A stretch of 64,000 nt of DNA from Thermoanaerobaculia bacterium (GCA_965116955.1 OZ220742.1:2850222-2914221); one strand, 5' to 3'; shown: positions 38,069 through 48,260, counted from the stretch's first letter. Notes: generated by a model from the sequence alone, not told the origin. Numbers and translations: made by a program.

Positions 38069-39607
38069 ATGACGATGTCCAGCGACATGGCGTTCGGTCA
38101 ATGGGGCAGAGCCGTCAGGGTGTCCGTAGCGCTCGTGACGGTGCTCGCGTTCGGTGTATGCGAGCGCGCCGCAGGCCAGGAGGACACCGGGACGGAAGGC
38201 GAGTCAACGGAGTCCTCAGTGGACATCGGTCCGGACTGGGCGATCGTTGAGGACTATCTCGCGCGCCAGAACGCCTGGACGGCTCAGATCCGGAAGCAGG
38301 TGCTCGCCGGAGCTCCGGACGACCTCCCGTCGCCGGGTACCCGGGAAGGGAACAGTCCGCAGCCGCGGATCGTAGTGGTGTCCGCGCCGGAAGAGGGTTC
38401 GCTGTCCAGGGACGAGATGGAGAAGCGGCTGCGGGAGGCGATCGAGAGGCGGAACGATGACGGCAGCTCGGACATCGAGCCCCCGGATGAGGGTTCGCGC
38501 GCCTTGCTGGACGAACTGCTGCGAGCCGCCGCCGGCGCACAGGGTGGCGCGAAGGTCGTGAGCTTTTCGGCCGGAGACGGGGAGTCGCCTCCTGCCGGCG
38601 GCAACACGGCGCCCGACCGGCCGAACGTTCAAGAGCAGCCATCGCACGGCGGTCGTGGGCTCGGCGGAGCGCAACCGCCGGAAGTCGGGCGTGCCGCCAG
38701 CGCGGCGGTTGCGATTCTGGAGCAGGGCGGGGCTCACGAGAAGACAGTCGAGGCGGCGGAGTTTCTCGTCAACCACGCTGCGATGGCGCCGGGAGGCGCG
38801 GAGCACGCCTCCCGGGGCGCCAGCGCCCTGCTCGAGTTCGCGCCCGACTACCAGGGGTGGCGCTTCATGCTTCCGCGATTGCATACCCTGGCCCGGTTCG
38901 GACCGGACAGGCGGGCCGCGGCGGCGGGTGTCTTCAGGGTGTTGGCCGCGGAGGCCGAGGATCCCGTGCTGCGCGCCTCGGGGCGGTACTACGTCGCGGC
39001 CGGACGAATGCAGTTCGCGAACGCGCCTGGAGTCTCCGAGGAGGACCGCGCTGCGCGGCGTCAGCGCGCCCTCGAAACGGCGACCGGCCTGAGCGCGGGT
39101 GTCGAGGAGGAGACCTTCCCGGGGGACACGCGGACCTTCGCGGAGGCCGAGGCCGACCTGATCCGCAGCATCCGCCACGGGACCGTGGGCGGCAAGCTGC
39201 CGGACCTCGTGGGCAGTCGGCTGGACGGCGTGGAAGAACGGCTTTCGGACTACATGGGCCGTGTCGTGCTCTTGGACTTCTGGGCGACTTGGTGCGTGCC
39301 GTGCGTGGCCGCGCTGCCCCGGAAACGGCAACTCGTTGCCGACCTCCCGGCGGACCGATTCGCTCTCCTGTCGATCAGTGTCGATGCGGAGCTCGAAACC
39401 GTAACCGGATTCATGGAGAACGAGCCGATGCCGTGGGCGAACTGGCATATCGGAATGACGAGCGAGATCACGCGGGCTCTGAACGTCGTTTCCTACCCCA
39501 CTTACATTCTCGTGGACGAGAGCGGCGAGATTCTCGACAGGACGAACCACCTCCCCGACGACTTCGTAGCGCTTATCGAGGAAGCGGTCGGGCGCAGCGC
39601 GGAATAG
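38069..39607 (+). CDS. TlpA-like thiol-disulfide redoxin with large N-terminal extension
   Basis: C-terminal LLDFWATWCVPC, ISVD, YPTYILVD; signal peptide. Confidence 0.85.
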   Translation: MTMSSDMAFGQWGRAVRVSVALVTVLAFGVCERAAGQEDTGTEGESTESSVDIGPDWAIVEDYLARQNAWTAQIRKQVLAGAPDDLPSPGTREGNSPQPRIVVVSAPEEGSLSRDEMEKRLREAIERRNDDGSSDIEPPDEGSRALLDELLRAAAGAQGGAKVVSFSAGDGESPPAGGNTAPDRPNVQEQPSHGGRGLGGAQPPEVGRAASAAVAILEQGGAHEKTVEAAEFLVNHAAMAPGGAEHASRGASALLEFAPDYQGWRFMLPRLHTLARFGPDRRAAAAGVFRVLAAEAEDPVLRASGRYYVAAGRMQFANAPGVSEEDRAARRQRALETATGLSAGVEEETFPGDTRTFAEAEADLIRSIRHGTVGGKLPDLVGSRLDGVEERLSDYMGRVVLLDFWATWCVPCVAALPRKRQLVADLPADRFALLSISVDAELETVTGFMENEPMPWANWHIGMTSEITRALNVVSYPTYILVDESGEILDRTNHLPDDFVALIEEAVGRSAE

Positions 39608-39651
39608 CCCGGGCGACGTCCGGGTACGATCGGGCTATCGTGAAGTCCTTC

Positions 39652-40986
39652 ATGCGTAGCGCCCGTTCCCTGCCAGTCATCTCCCTATCCCTGATCGCGG
39701 TCCTCGCCGCTCCGGGGACCGGTTCAGCCCAGAGCCTCGCCGACGCCATCGCTGAGGACTACCGGACCGAACTGAAGTCGCTCTTCGAGCACTTCCACCG
39801 CAACCCCGAGCTTTCCTTCCTGGAGCACAAGACCGCGGCCCGCCTCGCCGACGAACTGCGCAAGTCTGGCGTCGAGGTCACGGAAGGCATCGGCCGTACC
39901 GGGATCGTCGGCATGATGGAGAACGGCCACGGACCCCTGGTCCTCGTGCGGGCCGACATGGACGGCCTGCCGGTGGCGGAGGAATCAGAGCTGCCGTACG
40001 CCTCGACGGTCACCCAGGTCGACCTCTCGGGCGAAGAAGTTCCGGTCATGCACGCCTGCGGCCACGACATGCACATCACGACGATGGTCGGGGTGGCGCG
40101 GCGGCTCGCCGCGATGCGCGACCGGTGGTCGGGCACGGTCATGTTCGTCGGCCAGCCGGCCGAGGAGCGGATCATGGGCGCCCGCGAGATGCTCGAGGAC
40201 GGTTTGTACGAACGCTTCGGCGTGCCGGACTACGCGCTGGCGCTCCACGTTTCGGCGGGCAAACCGGCGGGGAAGATCGAGGTGCCGCCGGGTCTGCTCG
40301 CTTCGTCCTCGGACAGCGTCGACATCACGGTCTTCGGAGTCGGCGCGCACGGTGCGTCGCCGCACCGGGGCAAGGATCCGATCTACATCGCTGCGCAGCT
40401 CGTCGTTGCGCTCCAGGGCATCGTCAGCCGCGAACTCAACCCGCTCGACCCCGGCGTCGTGACGGTCGGTGCCATCCACGGCGGCTTCAAGCACAACGTG
40501 ATCCCGGACCGGGTGGAACTGCAGCTCACGGTGCGGGCGAACGACGAGGAAACACGGGAGCAGTTGCTGTCCGCGATCGAGCGGATCGCGGAGGGGGTCG
40601 GCAGGGCGGCCGGCCTTCCGGCTTCGCTGCTGCCGAAGGTGGTGCGCACGAAGGAATCGACGCCGGTCACGGTGAACGACACGGAGCTTGCGGCCCGTGT
40701 GCGGGCCGCGATCGCTGCCGGCATGGGCGATGACGTGTTCTACAGCGAGCCGCCGTCGGGCATGGGCGCCGAGGACTTCGCCTACTTCGTCCGCACGGAG
40801 CACAAGGTGCCCGGCACCTACTTCAACATCGGCGGCACGGACCCCGCCGACCTGGAAGCGGAGGCAGCGGGCGGGCCGCCGGTTCCGGGGCACCACTCGC
40901 CCTTCTTCCGGATCGAACCGGAGCCTTCGATCCGCGCGGGGGTCGAGGCGATGACGCTGGCGGTGCTCGACCTGCTGCGGCCGTAG
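39652..40986 (+). CDS. Secreted M20D amidohydrolase
   Basis: HRNPELS, RADMDGLP, MHACGHD, QPAEE, GAEDFA, HHSP. Confidence 0.93.
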   Translation: MRSARSLPVISLSLIAVLAAPGTGSAQSLADAIAEDYRTELKSLFEHFHRNPELSFLEHKTAARLADELRKSGVEVTEGIGRTGIVGMMENGHGPLVLVRADMDGLPVAEESELPYASTVTQVDLSGEEVPVMHACGHDMHITTMVGVARRLAAMRDRWSGTVMFVGQPAEERIMGAREMLEDGLYERFGVPDYALALHVSAGKPAGKIEVPPGLLASSSDSVDITVFGVGAHGASPHRGKDPIYIAAQLVVALQGIVSRELNPLDPGVVTVGAIHGGFKHNVIPDRVELQLTVRANDEETREQLLSAIERIAEGVGRAAGLPASLLPKVVRTKESTPVTVNDTELAARVRAAIAAGMGDDVFYSEPPSGMGAEDFAYFVRTEHKVPGTYFNIGGTDPADLEAEAAGGPPVPGHHSPFFRIEPEPSIRAGVEAMTLAVLDLLRP

Positions 40987-40988
40987 CC

Positions 40989-41657
40989 GTGCCCCGGCCG
41001 GAAGGTCCGTTCGAACCGATCCCCGAGCCGGCGCTTCAGGAGGTGCTGGCCGAACTCGAACGCCTCTACCCGGACGCCGACTGCGAACTCCGGCACGAGA
41101 ACGCGCTTCAGCTCTTGATCGCGACGATTCTCTCGGCCCAGTCGACCGATGTGAGGGTCAACCTCGTGACGGAAACGCTGTTCGAGCGCTACCGGACCGC
41201 CGAGGACTTCGCGGCCGCCGATCCGGCCGTCTTCGAGCAGGAGATTCGCAGCACCGGCTTCTTCCGCAACAAGACGAAGAGCGTGCTGGGCGCTGCCCGG
41301 AAGATCGTCGCCGAGTTCGGCGGCGAGGTGCCGGACACGATGGAGGAACTCGTGACTCTTCCGGGCGTGGCGCGCAAGACGGCGAACGTGGTGCTCGGCA
41401 CCTGGTTCCGGAAGCCGGTCGGCGTCGTCGTCGATACTCACATCGGCCGGCTGGCCCGCCGGCTGGGCATCAGCCCCGAGAAGGACGCGGTCAAGATCGA
41501 GCGGGATCTGATGAACCGGCTCCCCCAGGACCGGTGGATCTTCATGGGCCACGCGATCATCTGGCACGGCCGTCGCGTCTGCGCCGCGCGACGGCCCGAC
41601 TGCGCGAACTGCACGCTGACGGAGTGGTGTCCGCGTAACGGCTTGGCGCCGCGCTGA
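40989..41657 (+). CDS. nth: Endonuclease III
   Basis: LSAQSTD, HhH LPGVARKTA, VVDTH, C-x6-C-x2-C-x5-C Fe-S motif. Confidence 0.96.
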   Translation: MPRPEGPFEPIPEPALQEVLAELERLYPDADCELRHENALQLLIATILSAQSTDVRVNLVTETLFERYRTAEDFAAADPAVFEQEIRSTGFFRNKTKSVLGAARKIVAEFGGEVPDTMEELVTLPGVARKTANVVLGTWFRKPVGVVVDTHIGRLARRLGISPEKDAVKIERDLMNRLPQDRWIFMGHAIIWHGRRVCAARRPDCANCTLTEWCPRNGLAPR

Positions 41658-41679
41658 CGGTGCTAGGCTGCCGCGCTCG

Positions 41680-44529
41680 ATGAGGAAACCAGCGGCTATT
41701 CGAGGTCTGGGCCTCGTGCTGGCGTTGCTGCCGGCTGCCGCGCCGCTCGTTGCCGGTCCTCCGCCGGAGCCGCCTCCCTTCTACGCCATCGAGGGCGTAC
41801 GGGTCGAGGTCGGCGACGGTACCGTTCTCGAGCGCGCGACCGTCGTCATCGAGAACGGCACGATCACGGCCGTCGGCGAGGACGCGGCGATCCCGGCCCA
41901 CGCCTGGGTCATCGACGGCGAGGGCCTCACGGTCTACCCGGGCCTGATCGACGCGATGGGCAGTCTTCCGCAGCCCCGGCGGCCTCCCGGCGGCCCGGGC
42001 GCGGGGACGCCCGGCGGCCAGCGGCGGCGCCCGGATGCCGACCGGGCCCTGCCTCGCGGACCTGAGGATCGTCCGCTGACGACCCCCTGGAAGCGGGCGG
42101 CCGACGATCTGATGCTGGACGCGGAGGCGGTCGAGGCCTGGCGCAAGGCCGGTGTCACCTCGATCGCGGCGAGGCCGGGCGACGGGCTGTTCCCGGGCCG
42201 GCTGTCGCTCGTTCGGCTGGGTGCTCCCGGCCGCGATCCGGAACATCAGGTGGTCGCACCCGAACTGGCGCAGGTGGCTTCCCTCAGCAGCGGCGGCGGC
42301 TTCGGCTCCTACCCCGGCGCCTTGATGGGCAGGGTCGCCTACTTCCGGCAACTGCTCATGGACGCGGCTCACTACGCCGCCGCGACTGCCGCCTACGAGG
42401 ACGATCCCTCCGGTTGGCGGCGGCCGGAGTTCGATCGTACCCTGGCGCCCCTGGCGGCCGTCGCCTCGGGGGAGGAACGGATCCTCCTGCCGGGTTCGAG
42501 CGCGGTCGAGATCAACCGGGCGCTCCGGCTCGGCGAGGAACTCGGTCTCGACTTCGCGATCTACGGCGGCCAGGAGGGTTACGGGTTGGCAGGCGAACTC
42601 GCGGATGCCGGCCTCGCGGTACTGGTCGACGTCGACTGGCCGGAGCCGTTGCCGGAGCGTGACCGGGATCCGGACGCCGACCGGCCGCTCCGCGAGATCC
42701 TCCACGAGCGGCTGGCGCCGACGACGCCGGTCGAACTGGCCGAGGCCGGCGTGCAGTTCGCGCTCAGTTCCGGCGGGGCGAGCAGCGCGGACGACTTCCT
42801 GGCCGGTGTGCGCCGGGCGATCGAGGGCGGCCTCGAACCGGCCCGGGCGCTTCAGGCGCTGACCCGGGACGCGGCGGCGGTCCACGGCCTGGACGACCGG
42901 ATCGGCGCGGTAGCCGCGGGAATGGCGGCGGACCTCGTGCTGGCCGACGGCTACCCGTGGCAGGAGTCGACGCGGGTCGAGGCGGTGTTCATCGACGGCG
43001 TCCGGTATGCCGTGTCCGACGGTGACGAGGCCGAAGACGACGGCGAGGACGGCGAAAGCGGCGAGAGCGCCGAGACAGGTGGCGAAGCCGCCCAGGAAAC
43101 CGAATCGGCGGAAGAACCGGACGAGGCGCGGCCGCGCGGACGGCGCGGCCCCGGCGGTCGCGGCGGCGGGCCGAGCGAAACGCCCGCGCCGATGCGGCTG
43201 GCCGAGTTGGCGGAGAAGTACGCCGAAGTCGCCGGCGACGCGATGGTGTCGATGACCGGCCCCTACCGCGAGGACGACGTACTGGCGATCACGGGCGCCA
43301 CCGTCCTGACCATGGCCGGCGAGACGATCGAGAACGGCACGGTGGTCGTGCGGGACGGCCGGATCGCCAGGGTCGGCAGCGGCGTCAGGCCACCCGGTGG
43401 CGCGCACGTGATCGACGCCGACGGCGGCTACGTCATCCCGGGCATCATCGACGCCCACTCCCACATCGCGACCGCGGGGGGCGTCAACGAGGGCAGCCTG
43501 GCGGTGACCGCGATGGTGCGGATCGAGGACGTGGTCGATCCGACCGACATCGCGATCTACCGGGCGCTAGCCGGCGGCGTTACGACGATCAACGTGCTCC
43601 ACGGCAGCGCGAACCCGATCGGCGGCCAGAACCAGGTGTTGAAGCTCCGCTGGGGTCAGGACGCGGACGGTCTGCGCTTCGAGGGTGCGCCGCCGGGCAT
43701 CAAGTTCGCGCTCGGCGAGAACCCGAAGCGGTCGCGGTCCTTCGGCCCGGGGCCGCGGCGCTACCCGGCGACCCGGATGGGCGTCCTCGACGTGATCCGG
43801 GAGGCGTTCACGGAGGCCGTGGAGTACCGGGACGCGTGGTCACGTCATCGTGAGGCCGCAGCCGCCGGCGAGCGCAGCCGGCCGCCCGCGCGCGATCTGG
43901 AACTCGAGGCGCTGGTCGAGATTCTGGAGGGCGAACGCCTGGTCCACGCCCACAGCTACCGGGCCGACGAGATTCTCCAGTTGCTGCGGCTGGCGGAGGA
44001 GCTCGGGTTCCGGATCGCCACGCTCCAGCACGTGCTGGAGGGCTACCGGGTGGCGGACGAGATCGCGGCCCACGGCGCCGGCGCCTCCACGTTCTCCGAC
44101 TGGTGGGCCTACAAGGTCGAGGCCTACGAGGCGATTCCCCACAACGCGGCCCTGATGGCGGATCGCGGCGTCCTGGTCTCGGTCAACTCGGACGACGCGG
44201 AGGAGATGCGCCACCTGAACCACGAGGCGGCCAAGGCGGTCAGGTGGGGCGGCCTCTCCGACGACGCGGCGCTGGCCCTGGTCACGATCAACCCGGCCCG
44301 GCAGTTCGGCATCGACGACCGGGTCGGTTCGATCGAGGTCGGCAAGGACGCCGATCTCGTGATCTACGACCGGCATCCGTTGAGTTCCTATGCCGTGGTG
44401 CAGACCACCCTGGTGGACGGCAAGGTCTACTTCGACCGTGAACTGGACCGGCTCCGGCGGGAGCAGTTGGCCGCGCTGGAGCAGTCGTTGACCGAGACCG
44501 CGAGTGACGACAGCGGAGACGAGCCATGA
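41680..44529 (+). CDS. Secreted two-domain amidohydrolase-family protein
   Basis: Domain 1 PGLIDAMG; acidic linker; domain 2 PGIIDAHSH, KFALGENPK, WWAYK, TINPA, GKDAD. Confidence 0.9.
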   Translation: MRKPAAIRGLGLVLALLPAAAPLVAGPPPEPPPFYAIEGVRVEVGDGTVLERATVVIENGTITAVGEDAAIPAHAWVIDGEGLTVYPGLIDAMGSLPQPRRPPGGPGAGTPGGQRRRPDADRALPRGPEDRPLTTPWKRAADDLMLDAEAVEAWRKAGVTSIAARPGDGLFPGRLSLVRLGAPGRDPEHQVVAPELAQVASLSSGGGFGSYPGALMGRVAYFRQLLMDAAHYAAATAAYEDDPSGWRRPEFDRTLAPLAAVASGEERILLPGSSAVEINRALRLGEELGLDFAIYGGQEGYGLAGELADAGLAVLVDVDWPEPLPERDRDPDADRPLREILHERLAPTTPVELAEAGVQFALSSGGASSADDFLAGVRRAIEGGLEPARALQALTRDAAAVHGLDDRIGAVAAGMAADLVLADGYPWQESTRVEAVFIDGVRYAVSDGDEAEDDGEDGESGESAETGGEAAQETESAEEPDEARPRGRRGPGGRGGGPSETPAPMRLAELAEKYAEVAGDAMVSMTGPYREDDVLAITGATVLTMAGETIENGTVVVRDGRIARVGSGVRPPGGAHVIDADGGYVIPGIIDAHSHIATAGGVNEGSLAVTAMVRIEDVVDPTDIAIYRALAGGVTTINVLHGSANPIGGQNQVLKLRWGQDADGLRFEGAPPGIKFALGENPKRSRSFGPGPRRYPATRMGVLDVIREAFTEAVEYRDAWSRHREAAAAGERSRPPARDLELEALVEILEGERLVHAHSYRADEILQLLRLAEELGFRIATLQHVLEGYRVADEIAAHGAGASTFSDWWAYKVEAYEAIPHNAALMADRGVLVSVNSDDAEEMRHLNHEAAKAVRWGGLSDDAALALVTINPARQFGIDDRVGSIEVGKDADLVIYDRHPLSSYAVVQTTLVDGKVYFDRELDRLRREQLAALEQSLTETASDDSGDEP

Positions 44530-45827
44530 TCCGCGTGTTCGGCAGGATCGCGACGGCGGGGTTGCTTGCGCTGGCCCTGGCGGCCTTCGCCCAGCCGGTG
44601 ACGGCCCAGACGCTGGCGATCGAGGGCGGCACGGTGCATCCGGTTTCGGGCGCTGCCTATTCCGGCACCGTCGTTGTGCGGGACGGCGTGATCGAAGCGG
44701 CCGGTCCGAGCGTCGCGACGCCGCAGGGGGCGCAGGTGATCGACGCGAGGGGTCTTCACGTCTATCCCGGGCTGTTCAATGCCTGGACCGTTCTCGGGCT
44801 GGTCGAGATCGACGCGATTTCCGCCACGGTGGACCAGACGGAACTGGGCGACACGCCCCATCTGCTGGCGGTCGAGGGGGTTCATCCCGCGAGCGAGATC
44901 ATTCCGGTCACCAGAGAGAACGGGATCACTCACGCGCTGACGGCGCCCGGCGGCGGACCCTGGGCCGGTCAGGCGTCGGTGATCCTCCTCGACGGCTGGA
45001 CGGTGGAGGAGATGGAAGTCGAGAAGAGCGTGGGCGTCGTGGTCGAGTGGCCGAGCCTCGCGACCCGGGAGTTCGATTTCTCGACCTTCAGCGTCCAGGA
45101 GAAGAAGTTCTCCGAGGCCAAGCGGGACTACGACCGGACCGTGGCCGAACTCGGCGACTGGATCGAGGCGGCGCGCCAGTACGACCACGCGCGCTCGAAT
45201 GCCGGTTCAGGGGCCGCGGTGGAGCAGGATCACGCGCTCGAGGCGGTAGCAAGTCTCGCGCGGGGTGAACTGCCGCTCCTGGTCGTCGCGGATCGGGCCC
45301 GGGCCATTCGTGACGCCGTGGCGTTCGCGGAAGAGCACGGTCTGCGGCTCGTCGTGGCTTCGGGACGCGACGCGGCGAAGGAGGCGGACCTGCTCGCCGA
45401 AAAGCAGGTGCCCGTCATCCTCAACTCGGTTCAGGCGCTGCCGGTCGAGGAGGACGACCCGTACGACGGACCGTTCGCCGCGCCGGGCGAACTCGATCGC
45501 GCCGGCGTTGCGATCGCCTTCGGCACGTTCGACTCGTCGAGCGCCCGGGTGCTGCCGTACGAGGCGGCCACTGCCGTCGCCTTCGGTCTCGAACGCGAGG
45601 CGGCGCTCAGGGCTCTGACACTGGGCGCGGCGGAGATCCTCGGCCTTGACGACCGCCTGGGTTCGATCGAGCCGGGCAAGTGGGCGAACCTGATCGTCAC
45701 CGACGGCGACCCGCTGGAGGTTCGGACCGCGGTCCGCCACGTGATCGTCCGCGGCCGCGACGTCGACCTCTCGAACCGGCACAGCCGGTCGTACGAGCTG
45801 TACAGCAGCCGGCCGGCCCCTCCGTAG
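44526..45827 (+). CDS. Secreted amidohydrolase-fold protein, probably non-catalytic
   Basis: YPGLFNAWT in place of HxH; GSIEPGKWANLIV; ATGA overlap. Confidence 0.88.
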   Translation: MIRVFGRIATAGLLALALAAFAQPVTAQTLAIEGGTVHPVSGAAYSGTVVVRDGVIEAAGPSVATPQGAQVIDARGLHVYPGLFNAWTVLGLVEIDAISATVDQTELGDTPHLLAVEGVHPASEIIPVTRENGITHALTAPGGGPWAGQASVILLDGWTVEEMEVEKSVGVVVEWPSLATREFDFSTFSVQEKKFSEAKRDYDRTVAELGDWIEAARQYDHARSNAGSGAAVEQDHALEAVASLARGELPLLVVADRARAIRDAVAFAEEHGLRLVVASGRDAAKEADLLAEKQVPVILNSVQALPVEEDDPYDGPFAAPGELDRAGVAIAFGTFDSSSARVLPYEAATAVAFGLEREAALRALTLGAAEILGLDDRLGSIEPGKWANLIVTDGDPLEVRTAVRHVIVRGRDVDLSNRHSRSYELYSSRPAPP

Positions 45828-45848
45828 CCGGGGCGCGCGGCCGGCCTC

Positions 45849-46391
45849 CTACGGTTCCTGGCTGGCTTCTTCCTGCTGCTCCTGCGCCTGGAGCATCTCG
45901 ATGACACGTTGCGTCAGGTCGACGCGGGCGCTGGCGTGGAGCACGCCGCCGATGCTGGCGTTCAGGATCAGGTCGTAGCCGTTCTCGTCGATCAGTTGCT
46001 GAACGATCGGACGCAGGCGCTCGTTGATCTGCTGCAGCGTTTCCTCCTGTCGCTTCGCCGCGCGCCGCTCGACGTCGTTGGCGAGGCGTTGGGATTCACG
46101 TTGCAGGTCCTCGATCTGGTGCTGGATGCTCCGCAGCTCGTCCGGTCCCTTGCCGACCGCGCTCTGGCGCAGCGCCTCGACCCGGCTGGCGTTCGCTTCC
46201 AGGGCGGTCCGGGTCTCCGTCTCGATCTGCTGAAGGAACGCCGCGAGTTCCTGCCCCTCGCGTGCTTCGGCGACGACGAGTTCGACGTTGATCGAGGCGA
46301 CGCGCGTTGCCTCCTGGGCGGAGAGCGCCGGCGAGACGGCGGCCGTGAGCAGGGCGGCAAGCAAACAGACGATGAGGCGGCGACTGGTCAT
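45849..46391 (-). CDS. skp: OmpH/Skp periplasmic chaperone
   Basis: Signal peptide, RVASIN, long coiled coil, GYDLIL, DLTQRVI. Confidence 0.85.
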   Translation of the reverse strand: MTSRRLIVCLLAALLTAAVSPALSAQEATRVASINVELVVAEAREGQELAAFLQQIETETRTALEANASRVEALRQSAVGKGPDELRSIQHQIEDLQRESQRLANDVERRAAKRQEETLQQINERLRPIVQQLIDENGYDLILNASIGGVLHASARVDLTQRVIEMLQAQEQQEEASQEP

Positions 46392-46729
46392 TTCGTTTCT
46401 CCACCGGGCGTGTAGATCGGCATCGGGAACGGCGTCACCTTGCGGCTCTCCGGGCGTTCGACATCGCGTATTCGGGCCGTGCCCTGTTTCGTGACCTGGT
46501 CGATGCGAAGGACGGAGTGCATGGGCAGGTAGGTCCGCTGAACTCCCTTGAACTCGCGCTGGAGCCGTTCTTCCGAAGGGTCGACGACGACCTGGGTCCT
46601 CTCCCCGAACACGAGCTCGCCGATCTCGACGAAGCCGAGCAGGCCGCCCTGGGAGACCGAGCGGGCGTAGACCTCGTAGATCTCGCCCTGACTCAGGAAG
46701 GTCACCCGGTAGATCAGGTCGTCGGACAC
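46388..46729 (-). CDS. DUF1820 family protein
   Basis: IYRVTFLSQGEIYEVYAR, GFVEI, VVDPSEERL, RTYLPMHSVLRID. Confidence 0.85.
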   Translation of the reverse strand: MSDDLIYRVTFLSQGEIYEVYARSVSQGGLLGFVEIGELVFGERTQVVVDPSEERLQREFKGVQRTYLPMHSVLRIDQVTKQGTARIRDVERPESRKVTPFPMPIYTPGGETK

Positions 46730-46732
46730 GGG

Positions 46733-48124
46733 CTATTTGGGCTGCTGGAGTTTGGCGAAAGCGGCGGCCATCACGTTCAGGCCGCTCGATTCCTTCTGGC
46801 GCTGGCGGTACTTCTTGTAGTCCGTTTTCGTGCCGACGAGTTGCGACCCCGGAGGCGCCAGTCCCAGGCGTCGCCGCTTGCGGTCGATGCTCTCGATCAC
46901 GACCTTGATCTCCCGGCCGGGAGGGTAGGTGCGGCGCGCAAGACCCCCTTCGGGAAGCTTCACCGCGGACATCGGCAGGAGGCCGGTAAGCCCGGGCTCG
47001 AGTTCGACGAAGATGCCGAAACGCGACACCTGCTCGACCTTGCCTTCGACCTCGGCGCCCTCGACGTACTGCTTGCCCAGGTCCTTCCATGGGTCGCTTG
47101 CGGGCACCTCGCGCAGCGAGAGGGCGATCCGTCGGCGCTTCGGCGCGACTTCGACGATCCAGCCTTCGATCTCCTCGCCGGTGGCGAACGCAGGATGGCT
47201 CATCGACTTGCCGATGGGGAGCTGGGACGTGTGGACCAGGCCGTCGAGACCGGGCGCGAGTTCGACGAAGAAGCCGAACTCGCAGTGCCGGACAACCTTG
47301 CCCTTGAACTGGTCGCCGGCGCTGAAGCTCTTCGCCGTCTCCTTCCACGGGTCGGCCTCGAGAGCCTTCATCGACAGCGAGATGCGGGCGCTGCGCTTGC
47401 CGTTCTTCGCTTCGACCTTCGTGACCACGGCTTCGACCTGCTGGCCCACCTTGACGAGGTCGGCGGGTTCTCCGTTTCGGGTACGGGATATCTGGGTGCG
47501 GTGGACCAGGCCGCCGAGACCTCCGCCCAGATCGACGAAAGCGCCGAACTCGGTGACAGACGTCACCTTGCCGGTCACGGGTTCCCGTGACTCCTGCTTG
47601 GCGCGGATCTCGTCCAGTGCTTGCCGGCGCTCGCTTCGGATCGCCGGCCGCCGGGTCAGCACGATCCGTCGCCCCGCCTCCTTGATCTCGAGAACGTGGA
47701 ACGCGTACGTGTTGTTGACGTAGTGGGAAGGCGGCTTGGGCCGGTTGCCCAGCTCCATCAGCGATCGCGGACAGAACGTCGTGACGCCGTCGCAGGCGAT
47801 GTGGAAGCCGCCCTTGTTCCAGCCGATCACCTTGCCCTCGACGGGGTTCTTCGCCTCGAGCGCGGCGGCGAAGGGGAGGGCCGATGCGGCCAACGGGGGC
47901 TCTTCGACGGCTTCGGGTTCAGGCTGAGCCTGTTCCTGTTCCGGCGCTGCCTCGTCCGCAGGCGCTCCTTCGACCTCGATGGCCCCGGTCTCGCCGGTAG
48001 TCGTCGCCTCCGCAGTCGCCGCCTCCGCAGTCGCCGCCTCCGCGGTCGCCGCGGGTTCCGGCTCGGCGGGGGCGTCGCTCTCAACAGCCTCCTGAGCGAG
48101 CGCTTGATCGTTCGTCTCAGTCAT
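46733..48124 (-). CDS. Four-S1-domain RNA-binding protein (RpsA paralog)
   Basis: FCPRS, FGAFVDLGG..GLVH, GLDGLVH, GLTGLL repeats; acidic low-complexity N-terminus. Confidence 0.88.
   Translation of the reverse strand: MTETNDQALAQEAVESDAPAEPEPAATAEAATAEAATAEATTTGETGAIEVEGAPADEAAPEQEQAQPEPEAVEEPPLAASALPFAAALEAKNPVEGKVIGWNKGGFHIACDGVTTFCPRSLMELGNRPKPPSHYVNNTYAFHVLEIKEAGRRIVLTRRPAIRSERRQALDEIRAKQESREPVTGKVTSVTEFGAFVDLGGGLGGLVHRTQISRTRNGEPADLVKVGQQVEAVVTKVEAKNGKRSARISLSMKALEADPWKETAKSFSAGDQFKGKVVRHCEFGFFVELAPGLDGLVHTSQLPIGKSMSHPAFATGEEIEGWIVEVAPKRRRIALSLREVPASDPWKDLGKQYVEGAEVEGKVEQVSRFGIFVELEPGLTGLLPMSAVKLPEGGLARRTYPPGREIKVVIESIDRKRRRLGLAPPGSQLVGTKTDYKKYRQRQKESSGLNVMAAAFAKLQQPK
48005..48049. repeat. 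In-frame 3 x 15-bp tandem repeat (A-T-A-E-A units) in the S1 gene
   Basis: CGCCTCCGCAGTCGC twice plus CGCCTCCGCGGTCGC. Confidence 0.85.
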
Positions 48125-48202
48125 GGTCAGGAGGAGGAGAAGGGGCCGCGGCTTGGGCGCGGGTTCGGCGTGGCCGGCCGAAAGGGCATTGTAGCACCGA
48201 CA

Positions 48203-48236
48203 GGAAACAGAGAGGGCCCTGCCGAGGCAGGGCCCT
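48203..48236 (-). terminator. Putative terminator after hsp20
   Basis: AGGGCCCTGCC/GGCAGGGCCCT stem followed by CTCTGTTTCC on the minus strand. Confidence 0.65.
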
Positions 48237-48260
48237 TGAGGTTGCCGTCCCGGAGACCGG

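Noticed and set aside
39604-39638. ATAGCCCG..CGGGCTAT inverted repeat after the redoxin gene
   Set aside because: Long loop and no U-tract; not a convincing terminator.
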